DNA of 64,000 bases from Raillietiella orientalis (Eukaryota), in NCBI GenBank assembly GCA_036172245.1, contig JAYWIR010000005.1, positions 5,394,001 through 5,458,000 of the forward strand, given 5' to 3'. Positions 11,900 to 26,019 of the stretch are shown here, one piece after another. The notes below the pieces were generated by a model. It did no database searches. It saw only the letters and a program-made list of their open reading frames with translations, and was not told where the DNA came from. Every line of letters starts with the position of its first letter. Position 1 is the first letter of the stretch. The position numbers and the translations under genes were made by a program.

Positions 11900-14330
11900 T
11901 TCGTGTCCTAGAATTCATACTCTGAATTTCCTGAAAATCTTCACTGAATCCATCGTCTGGTCTTTGCTTGAACAGTCCTCCCATAGCATCCTTTGGCAAC
12001 CAGACGTTCGTTCAAGCGCAGACTTGTCGACGGACTGTCTGGAAGACTCTAAAGCGGTCTCAGTGCAAGTTTCTGTGGCTCCGTAAAACAGTTGTCGATA
12101 CCAGCCTTGTGTACCGATCTCGGACGAGGCGGTTATCTTCAAGGAGCGTTCACCTCTCGTAGAGGAAGAACCCGAATCTCCGTTTTTCGGATACGTCCCT
12201 GAGCCAATTCCCCTCCAGGAGCGAGATCCCCTTGCTGGCTGTTCCGGAGCAGCCACTTCTCTCCTGGCTACCATAATTGCCGTGGGTCTTGTGCCAAGAG
12301 GATTCTCCTTGGATCTCTCGCAGTCGACCTTGCTTGAGAAAGCAGTAATGCTCATCATAAGTCATCACTGAACGGAGACCCGCTGGAGGAGAGGGAAACC
12401 GAGATCACTCGAGCGCCTTCGATCGCAAGCCAGTGGTTTCACCTAGGACTGAACCTTTCAATCATACAGACCTCAGCACTGATCCTTTTCCATCCACATG
12501 ATGAGAATATCTGCTGCAGGGTGTGCTCTGGGCCGCTCCTGGCAGGCTGCGCTCAACGAGGTTGGAGGTTCACAGAGAAGGATGCTCCGACTCTTGCAGA
12601 TTCTCCTCCTAAGGGCAAGCGTCAAGCGCCAGCTGGAGGATCCGACCGGCCATCTTTCAGTCATCCTGTGTCATGAGAGGGACTTCTTTTTTCATTGGAG
12701 ACGACGGCTGCCTGGAGATGGCCGTAGCTTCCACCTGACTACGCCCCTCCCAGGCAGCGGAACGGGAGGCAGGATGCTCCTGAAGTGAGCACGCGTCGCC
12801 AAGCATATTCAGCTCCCACTGCAGGATAACGCCCAGCTGCGCATCAGGGATCATCTGGTTCACGTCTGGATGGGGAGTTTCTCTGCCTCACAGCGAGTCT
12901 CCCACAACGAGTCGAGTTGCTGTCTAGCAGCGCGCCAATCCCGAGGTCTGCCTCCGAGGGGCAGGCGGTGAAAGACAGCTTTCCCGCGGGACCGACCGAG
13001 GAGTTCGAGACCTCGGAGGTAGTTTTTCATCAAGATCTGGGAAGAAGAAGGAACGGCCGTTTCCGGAGACGGGAAACCGGGAGACCAGTTGAGTCTGTCG
13101 GTTGTCTTCTGGTTGCTGCATCCCAGAATTGCAGCGTGGAGGCCGCCGGGAAGGACGGCGGAACCCAAAAAAGACAAGTCTGGGAAAAGCCTGTGAAAGG
13201 CAGAGAAGGAACCTCCTTTGTCTTTCTCTCCTCTCGCTCTTCTTCTCTTTGCTTCTGCTCTTCTCATTGGGAGAGACCAGCTTTAAAAGAACTTGTCCGA
13301 AAGCAGAAGAGACTGACACGGGCCCAGGAGGAAAACCGGAGGAGCCTAAACGTCTCGATCGCACGCGCCGAGGAACGAAAACGGGAGAGAAGGTGAGAGA
13401 GATGAAAGGCCCTCGTGGGTTTCCGAACGTGCAAGGCGACCTGCATTTGCTCCCAGAAGGCAACGACGGGTGCGACCCCTTCGGAAACGCAGGTATGGTT
13501 CGAGTGCATTTCGAGAAACAGCCGGGAGATGGCTCGCGGTCATGGAAAGCTCGTGCAACACGATAAGGAGAGAGGGGGAGAGGGGACGACTTTCGCTTGC
13601 CTCGAGAGAGCACAGCCCTCGGGAAAAGAGTGACATCCAAGAGATCGACTTAACGGTGGGTCACCACACTCCGACGAAGGACATAAATCTGACTCCAACA
13701 AGGGGAGAAAGCAAAAGTTCGCTGTGCAGCGAGTGAAGAGGAATTGTGGGGGAGGGGGAGGAGGAAACTGAGAAAGGAAGATGAAGAGGCACTCTCCGAA
13801 GGACGTGGGATCTGGGAGTGGATACGGCGTTCCTTTCCATTATCCAAGTGAAGTTGTACCGGAAATCGAGGTCGTGGAAGGCGCGCGTCCAACTGCAGCT
13901 ATCAAAGTGACCTAACCTGATCCGCGAAGAGAACAGAAGGGGCGACATCTAAGCGGCCCTTGAAGAGAGATCGCCGAGAACATCCAGGGAGTCTCCCTAC
14001 TCATTGCCTGAGCAGCTGCGCGCTTTTTTGCGACTTGATCCAAAACCCTTGCAAGAGAGGAGTTACCGTTCTGTTTAAGAAAGCATGGGGTGCGCAAGAA
14101 CTTCCCCTTTCCCTTCCCTCGCTTGATTTTCCTTTTATTGTGACAGGAGCTGCATAGGAATGTTAGGTGAGTCCAAATCTGTAGCCCTTTAGATGTTCTA
14201 ATAATTACATGGACTCCAGTTGTCAAGGGAACAAAGGATCGATGGCTGAGTTCAGATTGAAGATCATTAGCACTCCAAGGCCCCTAGAAGAAAATTTCTG
14301 CAATCTTTCCCTTTCATTCGTGTCCTTAGT
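11900..14330 (-). mobile_element. Decayed L1/Tx1-like LINE ORF2 (endonuclease plus RT remnants; boundaries approximate)
   Basis: APE-like remnants 'PWMFSAIS' (cf. PW..GDFN), 'WTRAFHDLDFRYNFTW' (cf. D..R..HP...FTW) and 'VDLLDVTLF'; RT-like 'TAFSSKVDCE' near 12330. Heavily frameshifted. Confidence 0.45.
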
Positions 14331-14899
14331 GTCGGGATGTGCATCGTGGAGGACAATTTTTAGAAAATCTCGTCATCCAGCGCCAAGGGAGTCAGGGGTT
14401 TGGTCTAGGTCAGATACATGCCCTTCAGTTGACAAAGTCAGGTGACTTTGACTCTGAAAACCATCCCTTCAGGTGTGAAAAACTCTTCTCTCTAGGAAGC
14501 TTAAGTGATCTGCTGTTTCCTCCACTCTTGTCGTAGGTATGAACCTCTGCTCCCATCGACTAGGGATCGGCACCTCTGATCAAACAAGATCCAACCGATC
14601 AGAGGATGGTGCGACTTGAGTGCCAATGTTTGCTGCTGTCTGCGATGGATCTCTCCATTCTCTCCTAAGATGCCCTGAAACGTTCCACTACCCACACTTC
14701 CTTCCGGAATCCAAAGCTTTCCTGGAGTCGAAACACTTCCATCCTCATCTTCTGGTAATTCTGAATGCTGCTCTTTATCCTTCACGGGACTGCCTCCCGC
14801 TGTGATTCCTTAGTTCCTTGCTGATTTTCGGGTAAGAAGCAATCTCTGCACATCCCGGAACAAAATAACGACGATATAGACGAATTCTTAGCTTCCCTT

Positions 14900-17800
14900 G
14901 GGGGCACCGGAGGCCACTGAGTACGGAGGCGGAGCGACCAGGAAGAGGAATGCGCGTTGCAAACTGCAAGACACCCTTGGTGCACCTGGTAGTGGCACTG
15001 CTTCGTGTTTGTTTCTCCTCCGGGAACCGAGACGCCTGGTATACTCAATCCAGAAATGGCACCTAGACCCATTTGATTTCTATCAGAGGTCTGAAGGCCA
15101 AACCTGAAATGGACTCAGGAAGAAGAACCCAGATCTTTGGTTCAGACCCAACTAGCTGACCCCACGAATCCGACTGGTTCCGTCAGCGGAGTCTGAACGA
15201 AAGCTCCTTCGACAAGAAAGAGTTCAGGGAGATGAATGATTTCCCTCGACACATCCAAGGTGATAACTTCCCCCATTAGCAGGTTGGGTCAAACAGAGGA
15301 TGTTCTTCGCAGTTGAGCAAGAGCTAATGCGCTTGGACCTGGCTCAGAGCGGTGCTGCTTCGTTGACACAGATGTCGCTGTTTGCCTCCCTTGCTTGGCG
15401 CCGTCCGGTGGATCCGGCGGGGATGGAAGCGAAATTTGCTTCGGCACCTTCTTGGGCCATTGGTCCCAGATCGAAATGTCGCACGCTCCTGAACAATGAA
15501 AAAAAAAAAACGTTTTTGTTTGCACAAGGTGATGCAAAGAACAACATTCGCAGTCCTTTCGCTTCCGGCTGGACGGGACCGAAGAACGGAAGAAACGAGG
15601 GCAGCGGACCTTGACAACTTGGAATTCGAAGGGACTACCAAAAAAGAAAAGTGCTTGTTCTAAAGGTGTCACTAGGAGAAACGGAGGTTGAAATCCGAGG
15701 CGCGATCAGCAAGAGCAGCCAGAAGGTGCGAACTCAGTTGGTCTGCGGCGGCTGTGGCTAATCTGCCTTCGTCTCATTAAAGTGGCATTGCGGTGGCGGT
15801 CATTCTCGAGAAAGGATGGTGACAGCGCCATTATCGATCTCCGGGAAGACGACACTCTTTCCGAAGCGTCCACGAGGAAGCAGAAGCCTGGAAAACTTCT
15901 CCCCATACAGCCTGCTCCGAAGCTCACTCTGAAACCTGGCACGGCTTCAGGAGAAGAGCAGAAGCACTCCATGACCACATAACCCCTCAGGCTCCGCATA
16001 AGCAGATGGAACCGATTCTTCCCTTGGAAGCTCTCAAAGAAGACATCAGCCCCTGTGAAGGTGCTTGCGCCCGCGAGTGAGATATGAGCAGGCATCCAAA
16101 GACCGGCTTCCAGAACGCCCCTTAGAGGTCGAGAGAACGCGGCGCGAGATTTGCCTTTGACGATCGTGAGAGCCAGGAGATGCAAAGCGGGGAGGCAGAC
16201 ACATCTTGTCGACCATCTGATGGTCTCTTAAGAAACCTCTTTCGACGTCCATCTTCTCTTCGAGGATGGGGAAGCCGAGCTTGGAAAAATCTGGACCCCA
16301 CTGGCACCACGGTTTCCCGGAATGGGAAGAAAGGAAGAAACGCTTCCCACGAAGTGCTTCTCACCGTCCTGTAGCTCAGCATCGTTTGGCTGCTGATTCT
16401 TCTTGCACCGAAGGATGATGCACTTCCGGTGAAGTTCGCCGGATCCGCTGTGCTCCTGCATTCTCTTCCGCTTTCACCCCTCGACCTTGAGGGCAGAGAA
16501 ATTAGGTCTCTTCCTGGACATCCTCCTCAGTTCTGACGGGATACAGAGAACTGAGGGATGGAGGATCTTATTCTGGATAGCAGGACCATTTATTTGGAAT
16601 CAAGAAACAATTTTTTTTTACAATTCGAGAGGGGTCCACATGTGCCGCCTCGAAACGAAAGCGACTAACCTTATTGAGAGAAGAATTAAGGGAGAAGTGG
16701 AGGAAGAGATGGGAGATCCAGTAAGTAAATAAACAAATGAAGAGTGGGATGGATTGGTCCTTCCGTATGGAACGTAATTCCCGAAGGTCTGCATCGGCAA
16801 GAACGGAAGGGAGAGATGAGGTTCAGTCACTGGCCTCCAGCCAGTCTGTCGGCAGCAGCCCTGAGAGCCCTTGGATTTGACATCCTCACGTGGGGAATGA
16901 CGACTGAGAGAAAACTGATCAAAGCTGGAAGGATCTTTCGGAGGCTGGCAGGACATGAGGGATTCACACGATGAGCGGACGGGACGAGGCGGACCTGGAT
17001 GAGGCCTCAGAAGAAAACAGCTTTTCATCCTTCGGAGCCCCTCAAGAACGAGGATCGTAAAGAGGGATGAGTCTGTCTGACCCAGGGAGAGAACAAAGGG
17101 AGACTCCGCCATTATTCCGTAACTTCAGGTCAGCTCATCGGTGGATCCAGAAGAGGGAAGTTTCTGTTTCATCTAGTGTGGGGGCATCCATGCGAGCTTT
17201 CTCTTAGTTGATGGCGATCAGGGACGCTCAAGCCATCCATGTCTCTGAAGGGGTTGAAGGGTTCATGGTTTTGTGAGATATGCAGCCCCTTCGTTCTGGA
17301 TATTTCGTTTCCATACTTGGATGATCCTGGACTCCCTCCGCCACAATGAAGTGGCGGAGGGATTCCAGATGCTTAGCGTGCCGCAAAAGCAGGAAGACAC
17401 CGGAGATCCGAACCGCAACCAGATGTGTCTCGGGGAAGAGGAGCTGCTCGCAGGGAGGATGAGCCTGCGCACGTCCCATCCGGCTCTGACTGGTATCGTC
17501 CAGCAGAAGCATCTTCTTCCTAGAGGGCGTCCAGTGCTCTAGTGGCTTTGTCGACGGGGAGGGGAGGGGAAGGTGGAGGAACGGCGGTAGTCATGGCACC
17601 GACCGCATCACACCAGGAGAGAGAAAATTGATCTTGACGAAGAGCGGTCCTGAGACCTATCTTATAACCATGGTAGAAACAAGGATGAGTGGGGAAAGTG
17701 CTTGTTGACCATCCACGCGTCTACCTGGGCTCCTGAAACGGAAGAACCAAGGTCATCCCTCTTCGGCCGTCCGTCTTCGGCGTATGCCGGCTCGTACCTC

Positions 17801-18450
17801 ACCCAGTTCCTCCGTTCCTTGGACACCTGTGAAATGGATGCCTGTCTGAATGGCGACCTCAGATCGTTGTCGCCTCCCAAGTCTTCCGGAACGCGCCTGA
17901 GGGGCTCTGCAGCGAAACGCTTTGGTAGAGGAGAGGGGGCACATCAGCCTTGAGGTCCACATCCCTCGAGATGACAGCGTCCCGGCAGCTCGAGCTCCAT
18001 CCGCTGTCGCTCTTCCCAACCCCTTCACTCCGAAACCTCCAGGAGAACGGCGAAGACCCGCCGTCCGGAAGAACCCGCTTCTGGCTCAGGGAAGGAGAAG
18101 GGTAGGAGGTAGAAAGTCAGGAATACTGATCCCTCTTCCGCATCGAGGCAAAGTCACACACTCCCAGGGTCCTCATTCCTTCCCTTGAGCAGATTTGCAA
18201 CTTGTGGATCCGGAACCGAGACGAAGAGGGGCGCCCCCCCTTTCCCAGCTTCTCCCACGGGAACGTTCAAGAACGCTGGAACCACAGAGGGGAGGATCCT
18301 CAGCAATGAGCATGAAGGACGGACGGACACAGACTAGGGCTTTTGGATGGGCCTCCGTGGGGCAGGGAACGGGAGGAGATATCAAATGCACCTGCTTCGG
18401 CGGTACATACACTAAAATTGGATGGGTCTCAGTACCACTCTGGGGATCCC
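14900..18450 (-). mobile_element. Decayed L1/Tx1-like LINE (ORF1, endonuclease and RT remnants; boundaries approximate)
   Basis: Motifs in the expected order: 'LLFPETH' (cf. LQETH, ~17430); 'STFTGADVFFESF' (cf. SPGPDG..EFY, ~16050); 'RRSIMAL' (cf. RPISL); 'LCQRSSTALS' (cf. RQGCPLS, ~15350). Confidence 0.45.
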
Positions 18451-20283
18451 AGCCTTAACCGAAGCGTGTCTCAGCCTCCCTCCTCCCTCTCTCGCGGTGG
18501 TCGCATCCCTTCGGCGTTCCTGGGGAACACCTTTCCTTTCGGAAGTTTCGAACCATTCCAAGAACCTTCGATTTTGCTTCCCGGAGTTCGAATCTTCCTC
18601 CTTCCAGTCACTCTTCTTCCTCCCCCCCTTCAGTTCTGAAGGGGGGGGGGGCAAAGGCCCTATCGTGAAGGATGAGAGACTCGTGGGCGGCACGAAGAAA
18701 CGCCGTCGGCAGGAAGGAGGAGGAGGGGCAGATTCTATTCGGGTTGCTCTCTGTTCGTGCTGGGCGGAGCGGCGCGCCGCCGCTTCAAGCTGGCACCCCT
18801 GAGGGCCTGCTATTTTCAGAAAATGGAGGTGAGTCGGCGCGCGCGCGTTCAACGAAGCCAAGGGCAGGCACGCAGGAGCCGGGGGGACCGGCCAGCTCGA
18901 CCGAGCTGCATCCGCTCTTCGCTGCCTTCCCCCACGTGGCATAGGGAACGGGAGGAGGCGGACAGGTGACTCGCCGAGCGTCGGTGGTTGGATCGATCCT
19001 TTGGTATTCTGCGGGAATTCTCCCCTTTCTGCAATCGGGGAGGCGGGAGAGATTATCCGGGATGCAGCAGATACGCCCGAAGAAAGAGTCCTGCTTCCTC
19101 GTATGCTTCCGCTCCCTTCCTCCTCTCTCTCCCCTCCCCGTGTCGCGCGGAGCAGCAGCAGCGCCTTTGCCTCCACGCTCTCCCGGAGCAGAGTTTCCTG
19201 AGTCCAAAAGACAGTGCGAGAGACGACGGCCGTTCGGTCTCCGCCGCCGCCGCGCAGATTCCATCCTCTGACACGGTGACCCGGTTTCGGCCTCGAGATG
19301 CACAGCTGCAGCAGCATCTGCCCGCAGAGACTCTCTCCCCATCTCCCGGAAACGCGCTCTCATTGGCTGCGGCAGATCGGCGAGGTGTGCGATCCCTAAT
19401 CACGTCGAGGTCCGTCCCGTTCTCTTCTTCCTTCGGAGCAGCAGCATCTCCGGTGCGAGAATCCTTCCACAACATCCTTCGAGAAGGCTTCCGTTTTGTT
19501 CCCTGACTTAGTTCCTTTTCCTCCAGGATGGGCAGCATTTGCCCCCGCGTGTCGATCACGGAGCATCGGGTGAGCCATCTCTGCGAGGAGGATGAAAAAC
19601 GGCAAGAGGGAGAAAGGAAAAATGCTGTCGTCATGGAGAAGACGACGATGACGAAACGAGGGAGGGAAGGAACGGTGGGCAGCAGCGCAACGCTCGGGAT
19701 CCCCCCCCCCCTTCCGAGTTGACGCGAGGCTCAGGCGATCCGACCAGGGGAGACGGGGTGTTGTAGGTCTGACGGTGCAGGATACCGGAAAAGATCCGGA
19801 AAGAAGGAGGAAGAACCCCTGCCTTTTTCCAGGCGGGCAGCCAGAAGGCGGCAGCCGAGCGAACGGATGCGTTCTCGGGAATGATGAGCGGCCTGGGACA
19901 GGACGACGTTTGCATCGGATGCACGAAGAGATCGTCCGCTGCGTTCGACGCTGAGCATCAGAGGAAGCGTCCAGACCACTTCGACGCTCTCTTCCAGTGG
20001 GGAAGCGGTCCACCCTATCCGTGCGCACCCATTATCTCCGTCTCGTCTCGTCGTTCGGTCCGTTACCGCGGACGCGAGTGTACGCCACCGCCGCCGCGCG
20101 CGAGAGGGCGCGCGGTTTCCTCCTCCTCTCCCCCCCCCCCTCCCATTCGGTGGTTTGTCCGTAGGCGCACTTCGGTTCGCAGTCTCGCTAGCTGGACCGA
20201 GACGAGAGAGATCCGAGCGACAGCGAGTCCTCCTCCCCCCTCTTTTCGCGCGCGCGCGCCGGAGCACTCGTCTCCGCTTTCCC

Positions 20284-20337
20284 TACGGCAGGGCAGTAGC
20301 CATTACAGGAACCGTCGTTCTGATCTATCAGCATGAT
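20284..20337 (+). mobile_element. 54-bp retroposed short-element fragment, copy 1, with 17-bp TSD
   Basis: Flanked by CTCGTCTCCGCTTTCCC (20267-20283) and CTCGTCTCTGCTTTCCC (20338-20354). Nearly identical to the 3' half of 25904-26019. Confidence 0.85.
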
Positions 20338-22899
20338 CTCGTCTCTGCTTTCCCCGTGGAGAGAGCGGGACGCGGTCTCCTCGTGGTGCCGGAGAGGCCA
20401 GCGGGAGGTTGCCTTCCGGAACGCCGCAGGTGCGTCCGGCGAAGCCGCCGCTCCACGTCAGGAGGTCAACAAAACCATGCAGCCTCTCGGCTCGAGATGC
20501 CGGACGTTTGCTTGGCCCACGTCGCCCCAGGCCGCTCCCTGCTTCCGGCGTGTCTTCTCGGGAGGTCCAGCGTCTTCAGCTTCTCCGACGAGCATTCTTG
20601 CCCGAAACCTCCTCCTTCAGCCAGGCTGTGCCCTCACCGATCCCCGCGCTGCGAGAGAAAGTGGCCGGCTCCATCGACAACCTAGATCCTCGTCCACTCC
20701 TTCGTGTCCACCGGACGACCGGCTCCAATCTCCCGAACGCTGCTGCCCGCCTCATTCTTGTCGAACGCGTCTCTTCGGGCCGCTTGATGATTCTCGGATG
20801 CCCACGCGCCGCAGGTCATGTTTGTCTCCGTTTGTCGTCCCGCTGCCTAGAGCAGCTCGTCCAAGCGTCCCCACAAAAATGCAGGCGGCGAGTGGATGCC
20901 GGCCCATCACGCAGAGGGAGCCGACTGCGGCCTCAAGCCGGAGGTGTTTCAAATCGCATCTTCCCGGAGAGTTCTCGAGAACCAAACGGATGTCCAGGGA
21001 TGAAAAGAGAGAGGGACCGCAGAAACGGAGAAAGAACTTCGCGAGACTTTTCCAAACTGGTGAAAGGGTGGCCTCTGGTTCAAAGAGCGTCTCTGCAGCA
21101 GCTGGACCACGGTGGCTACTCGTCGGTGAGGTGAGTCACATGTTTCGAGCGAGCTTTTCCGGACGCCGAGCTGGGTCTCGGTTGGGGAAGGTTCCTGCTG
21201 AATTGGCGCGTGGAGGTCAGTATCTCTTGAGCCACTGAATTCCCAAACCACCCGAGTCCAGTCGGATACGAAACTGCGCACGTGGGAAAAAGCGACATCT
21301 CTGGGGAAGCCGGAGATCCTTTAGAGTGTGTCTCAAACCCTCCATCAAAACGTAAATGTCCGTCTGGCAAACGAAGACGGCATTTCTTGCATAAATTCAG
21401 GTTTTTTCCTTGATGGCATCTGTCTCCCGACTGATCCGGAAGAGGTAGAGATAGCGTCAAGAACACACCTCAGATAGCCTTCTGTTTGCCATAGGGCTGG
21501 AAGGAAGGTGGACCAAAACAAATACAAAGAAAAAAAAAGGAATGTCTCTATGAAACGAAGGGACTGAGCAGGGGGAGGGGGAGAAGGTCGGCCACTGACA
21601 TTCGAAAGTCAGTCACCTGATTTCATGCTCCATTTGTTCAATGCCCTGTAGAGTCAGGCGGGTCCAGCAGACGGTCAGGCCACATGTCACGGAGATGCCA
21701 GTTCGGCGACTTATCGTCTGGACGCCGCCTCTTTTTCAGGGTCGGTCTGTCTGGAGTTTTCAAGCAAGATGCGTCCGCGACGAACAGCAGCGGCACGGGT
21801 CTGGAGGAACTGGAATCTGGACGAACCTTCTTAGCACTCCTCCCTGGTTGTCTTCTCCCTGGATGAGGCAGCACTTTTCCCGAAGACTTTTATTCGCTCT
21901 GCAGGACGCGGGAAGGAAGGTGATCACGCTGGGGGTAAGTTCCTTGGTGTCTGCGTGAGGATCCTCACCTTCGTCTCTCCACTCTTAAGAGACTCAGATG
22001 GTCTCCAAGCAACAACGTTTCTCACTCTTGGGTCGCATCGATCGCTACTTGGAATTGGGCTCTTCCACACTTTTCGCTCAGCCGCAGCGATCGTTGAACT
22101 GCAGGGTGCCATCCCACCTCTTGAACTGGCGCGCGTCGCTTCCTTCTGCAGCTCAGATATCGTTTAGAGATCGAGCTGGAAGAGAAAGGAGCCATTCCAG
22201 AGTATTTCTCCAGAGGTTCCCAGATGTATCCGAAGCAGAATCCTCTGCAATACTCGGAGACTGGGAGTATTTATTTTTATTAATCTGTTGCTTCCAGTTC
22301 TCTTTTTCGTCCCACTCCCCTTCTTTTTTTCTTTTTTTTTTTTAACTCGTCAGCTTCATTTTTGTTTGAGCTGCCGTGTTTGGTAGGAGCATCTTCTTGA
22401 AGGATTCAGGAGGAGTGAGCTCGCAAGTTCTGGCATGGATGGCGTTTACCACCAGCGTTCTTGTTTCCGTCTTCCGTTTTCCGAAAGTGTAGCGATTCCG
22501 ATTCCCGATCCCAGGCTTCTCACGCGTCAGCAACAGCGGCGCCTTCTGTGGCTGCATTCTTCAGCCTTGTGGATCCTCTCCTTCGCCTCTCTCCACTCCA
22601 TCCCATTCCTCCCACTTCGTGTTAGCCCTGCCGACCTTGTGTGCGCCTCGCTCCTATTCTCCTCGCGGCTCCCTCTCCCTTTGTATTAGCAATGGCACGC
22701 TCCCTATCCCTCTTCTGCAGAGGCATTCCATGCGCACCCATCGAGGGCCGTCCCGTTGCACGTGACACCTCGATCGAAGTGTGAAATCATCCGGTGAGGG
22801 AGAACTCGCTCCAAGTCCCATCTCTTTTTCTGTTCGCCTACGCTCGGTAGCTTCGCAGAGTGCAAGCGTCCTGCGGTGGCTGAGCCTTTCAGATCGATA

Positions 22900-23927
22900 C
22901 TTGGGCTCGGCTCACCAGCACTAGCCTGGAAGATCTCGTCCTGGCTCAATGGTTTGGCAGGATGCCTACAGAGAATCGTTGACGGACAGACGAAGTGGAC
23001 TCATGCATCCGTCACACCTGTGGCTGCAGCACTGTCTTCCCTATGGGAAAGCAGTGATAGTTGCCTACTGGCCAGTGGGAGTTCTCCTACAACATCGTTG
23101 GAGTGGAAAAACTTTTAGGCGGATACTCTACGAAAGTGCTGGCCGACGCGGCTAATCCTTTCTTGTAGATGAAGAGACCTCACCGGTGGACCGACACGTT
23201 AAGTGTGCTCCCGTAAGAACTCTGGTCCCTCCCCTGTGTCTGAACACTACTGGTCTTTCTCTACTGTGGCAACACGATGTGGTGCTGTACCTGCATTGGG
23301 GTCTTCCCTGCAACGAGCGCGTGCACCACATGACGAGAGGGAGTGCGTCTGCTGAGTGTGTGCCAGGTGTGGAGAGACCGAACCGCGCTCCCTGCTGATG
23401 AACTGCGGCGTCATCCGTCCTCTATGGAAGAGGCTGACATCGGCTCTTCACCCGGAAGTCACCCCTGTTAATTTGCTGCATCGCTTCTTCAGCCGAGACG
23501 GGCTCTCGTCTGCCGCTGTGATGCGACTTTGTGTTGCATCCGCGGCATCCTAACGGTCCGATACTCGTTAGAGTTGTACGGACAGCGAAGAGAGGCTGCC
23601 TGCATCGCTATGGTTTTTCTGAAGAAAGCAAGTAGGTGGCCTCATCTGAAGCAAGAAAGCAGGGAGCTCAGCAGCATCACACGAACAATTTAGAAGATAG
23701 GCAGCAATCCCTGTGTCCCCTTTCCCACCCACCAAGTATTCATTTGTTCATCCCCGCACTCCCTCAGTGCTGCAAACAACTTCTTTTTTGTTCTGAGGGT
23801 CGGAGAGTCCTCCCCGATGAACTTTTTGTTTCTTTTTTTTTATTTATTCACGGGGACTGCGTTCCTTGTTTTTGGTGGAGTTTTATTTTTTCATCAAAAT
23901 AAACGACCGGGCGCAACCGGTTGAAAA
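22900..23927 (+). mobile_element. L1/Tx1-like LINE 3' portion (zf-RVT, 3' UTR, terminal hairpin)
   Basis: 'LVPPLCLNTTGLSLLWQHDVVLYLHWGLPCNERVHH / CARCGETEPRSLLMNCGVIRPLWKRLTSAL' is colinear with element C. T-rich UTR, then AATAAA 23898-23903, hairpin 23904-23923 and AAAA. An endonuclease remnant ('GRIDRYL', ~22035) lies upstream. Confidence 0.85.
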
Positions 23928-25903
23928 GCCTGTCGGGTCGCGAGAGTCCACGAGCAGACTTTGCTTCTTCTGAAACAGTGAGCCAAGGTGAACTCTGTCC
24001 AGGGAAAAGGAGAAGTACTGGGCTAGCCATTCGACGCGCCGGCCGCCTCTTTTTCTTCCAGGACTTGTAAGGGAGATGCACTCGCCTTTCCTCTTCTCTT
24101 GCCAAGTGAGAGCCTCTGACCGGTCCATCGAGCGTGCAGCAGCCAACTTCCAACTCATCTGGTGGTACATGGCTAGTACGACCGCCCCCGCATCGCATTC
24201 CTTCGTGGATGCCTTTTCTCGTATACGCGTTCACAATTCCTGGCGGAAGATGCAACCTCCGACCTCAAAAGAGCTGCCCTCCTTTGCGTCATTCTCACCA
24301 CCCGTTCAAATAGAAAAGCACGGCACTTGGTCGGTGGCTCCCGTGCTGGTTGGGAGGTCATAAGCGCTTTCGGGTGCGTCTTTCAGAGCGCAGGCGTTGG
24401 AAGCTGGGCAACAGTGCCAGCAGGGTTGACATGGGGACAGCCTCCCCCCCCCGGTTCAGTCCACCTGAAGAACCTCGCCTCGCAGTTCTCGAAGTCACGA
24501 GCGAGTCCCAGCTCTGGCTGACTCCTTTCCTGGTCATCGAGCCAGAGCTGTGAGTGGTTTCACGAGATTGGGTACTGCGCATCTGATTCTTCCCTCATTC
24601 GCTGCCGCGTTACTGCGCACGCAGCTGCAGCAAGAGCACTGGGTAACCGGCATTAGGCAGAAAATCCAGGTCTTGACTACCGAGAGACTTGAAATCTCGC
24701 ATTTTCGAAAATCCCTTTTCCTTTTTTTAGCAAGCATCAGATGCTCGACCAGTGGAACAATCTATCGAACGCCCCTCCAGGCGTGATGACACGGCGACTC
24801 TTTCTTAGACCATTATCCCGATCAGTTTCTGTTCCCAGAACGCAGTTTCTCCCCCTCCGCGTTCCGTCCCCGATACGCACTCCTTCATATCCAACGTGGA
24901 AGAAGAAGGATGGAGCAAGTTGCCAATTCATCGCTGGAGACGGACAAATCTTGGGTGTTGTCCCTCCGCCCTACTCTCGCCTTTTACTCCAGCAGGAATT
25001 GTGTCAGCACAGGTTGAGGCCTTCGACTTTCTCTTGTCGATTCTCAGGGATTCTCGCTAACCGAGAGCGAAATCTCCTCCTGTCCAGCTGTCATTCCCCT
25101 TCCTCCATAGAAGTGACCTACAGAGCTTCTGACGTTTAACTCCTCTAGAAGCCTAGACGTCTTCGGCGTTTGATTCCCGATTCCTGCACCGACTGGGGAG
25201 CAGGTCGCTGTCAGAATACTTTTCTAACTCGCGCGATTCACGGGGAGCATTTTTGGATGCTCAGCTGGATGTCAGATCTGCTTAGATGCCTTAATGAGGA
25301 GTCGGAAGAAGATCACTTCCGAGCTTCGCATTGCCATCCCCCTGCATGGCTGGAGGTGGTGGCTAAAGATATGACCTTGTAGATTTTCTCTGGGAATCTC
25401 ATCAGACTGGAAATTGCATCAAGGGTGACTAGTTATCTAAGACGTAGTTGAAGAAGCAGTCTTGAATGTAGAGCTTCTTTACTGTGAGACGGGTCACAAT
25501 GGAAAGGAAGCGAAGATTGTTGAATAAATAAGTGGTAGCTCTTGACTCTTGGCATCTCCAGAAAGACTTTTCCGTAATCCCGAAAGAGCTTGGGGAACCT
25601 CCTGGATGCCTTTTGCTCGTTTCTCATCGTGCAAATTCATGAAGTTCCCCATGGAGGGACTCCTCTAGACACGCAGCGAGCCCTCCTTTCGTCGTCAGCC
25701 AGTTGGAATAATCCTCTCTTCTCAGCTAGAAACGAGAGTTTTGTTTCTGATTCCATGGAGAGAAATCTGCTTCTTTCTTGTCCCATCTGATGCATTCTGA
25801 GCTTCATGCAAGTTTCGCATCTGCCACCTTGGGTGTCTGGCATTCCTGTCGGAGAAGAATGCAGTTCCGTTGCTTTCTCCTGTCAAAATGATTTGAGAAC
25901 AAG

Positions 25904-26019
25904 GTATGATGCGGACATCCTTGGTGGCCTTCTCTTCTTATGCTGATTACGACCAACGGTTACTCGCGTACGTCAGGGCAGTAGCCATTACAGGAACCAT
26001 CGTTCTGATCTATCAGCAT
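25904..26019 (+). mobile_element. 116-bp retroposed short-element fragment, copy 2, with 7-bp TSD
   Basis: Flanked by GAACAAG at 25897-25903 and 26020-26026. Same 3' end as copy 1 but longer at the 5' end. Confidence 0.75.

Noticed and set aside
18412..21238. Several 200-300 aa overlapping ORFs
   Set aside because: Open on multiple frames and both strands with no domain signal, as expected from GC-rich, stop-poor sequence. At most ORF1 remnants.
25904..26010. C/D-box snoRNA (ATGATG...CTGA)
   Set aside because: Box C is imperfect (ATGATGC), I recognised no rRNA guide, and the TSD plus 5' truncation favour a retroposed fragment. Only an Rfam search would exclude it.
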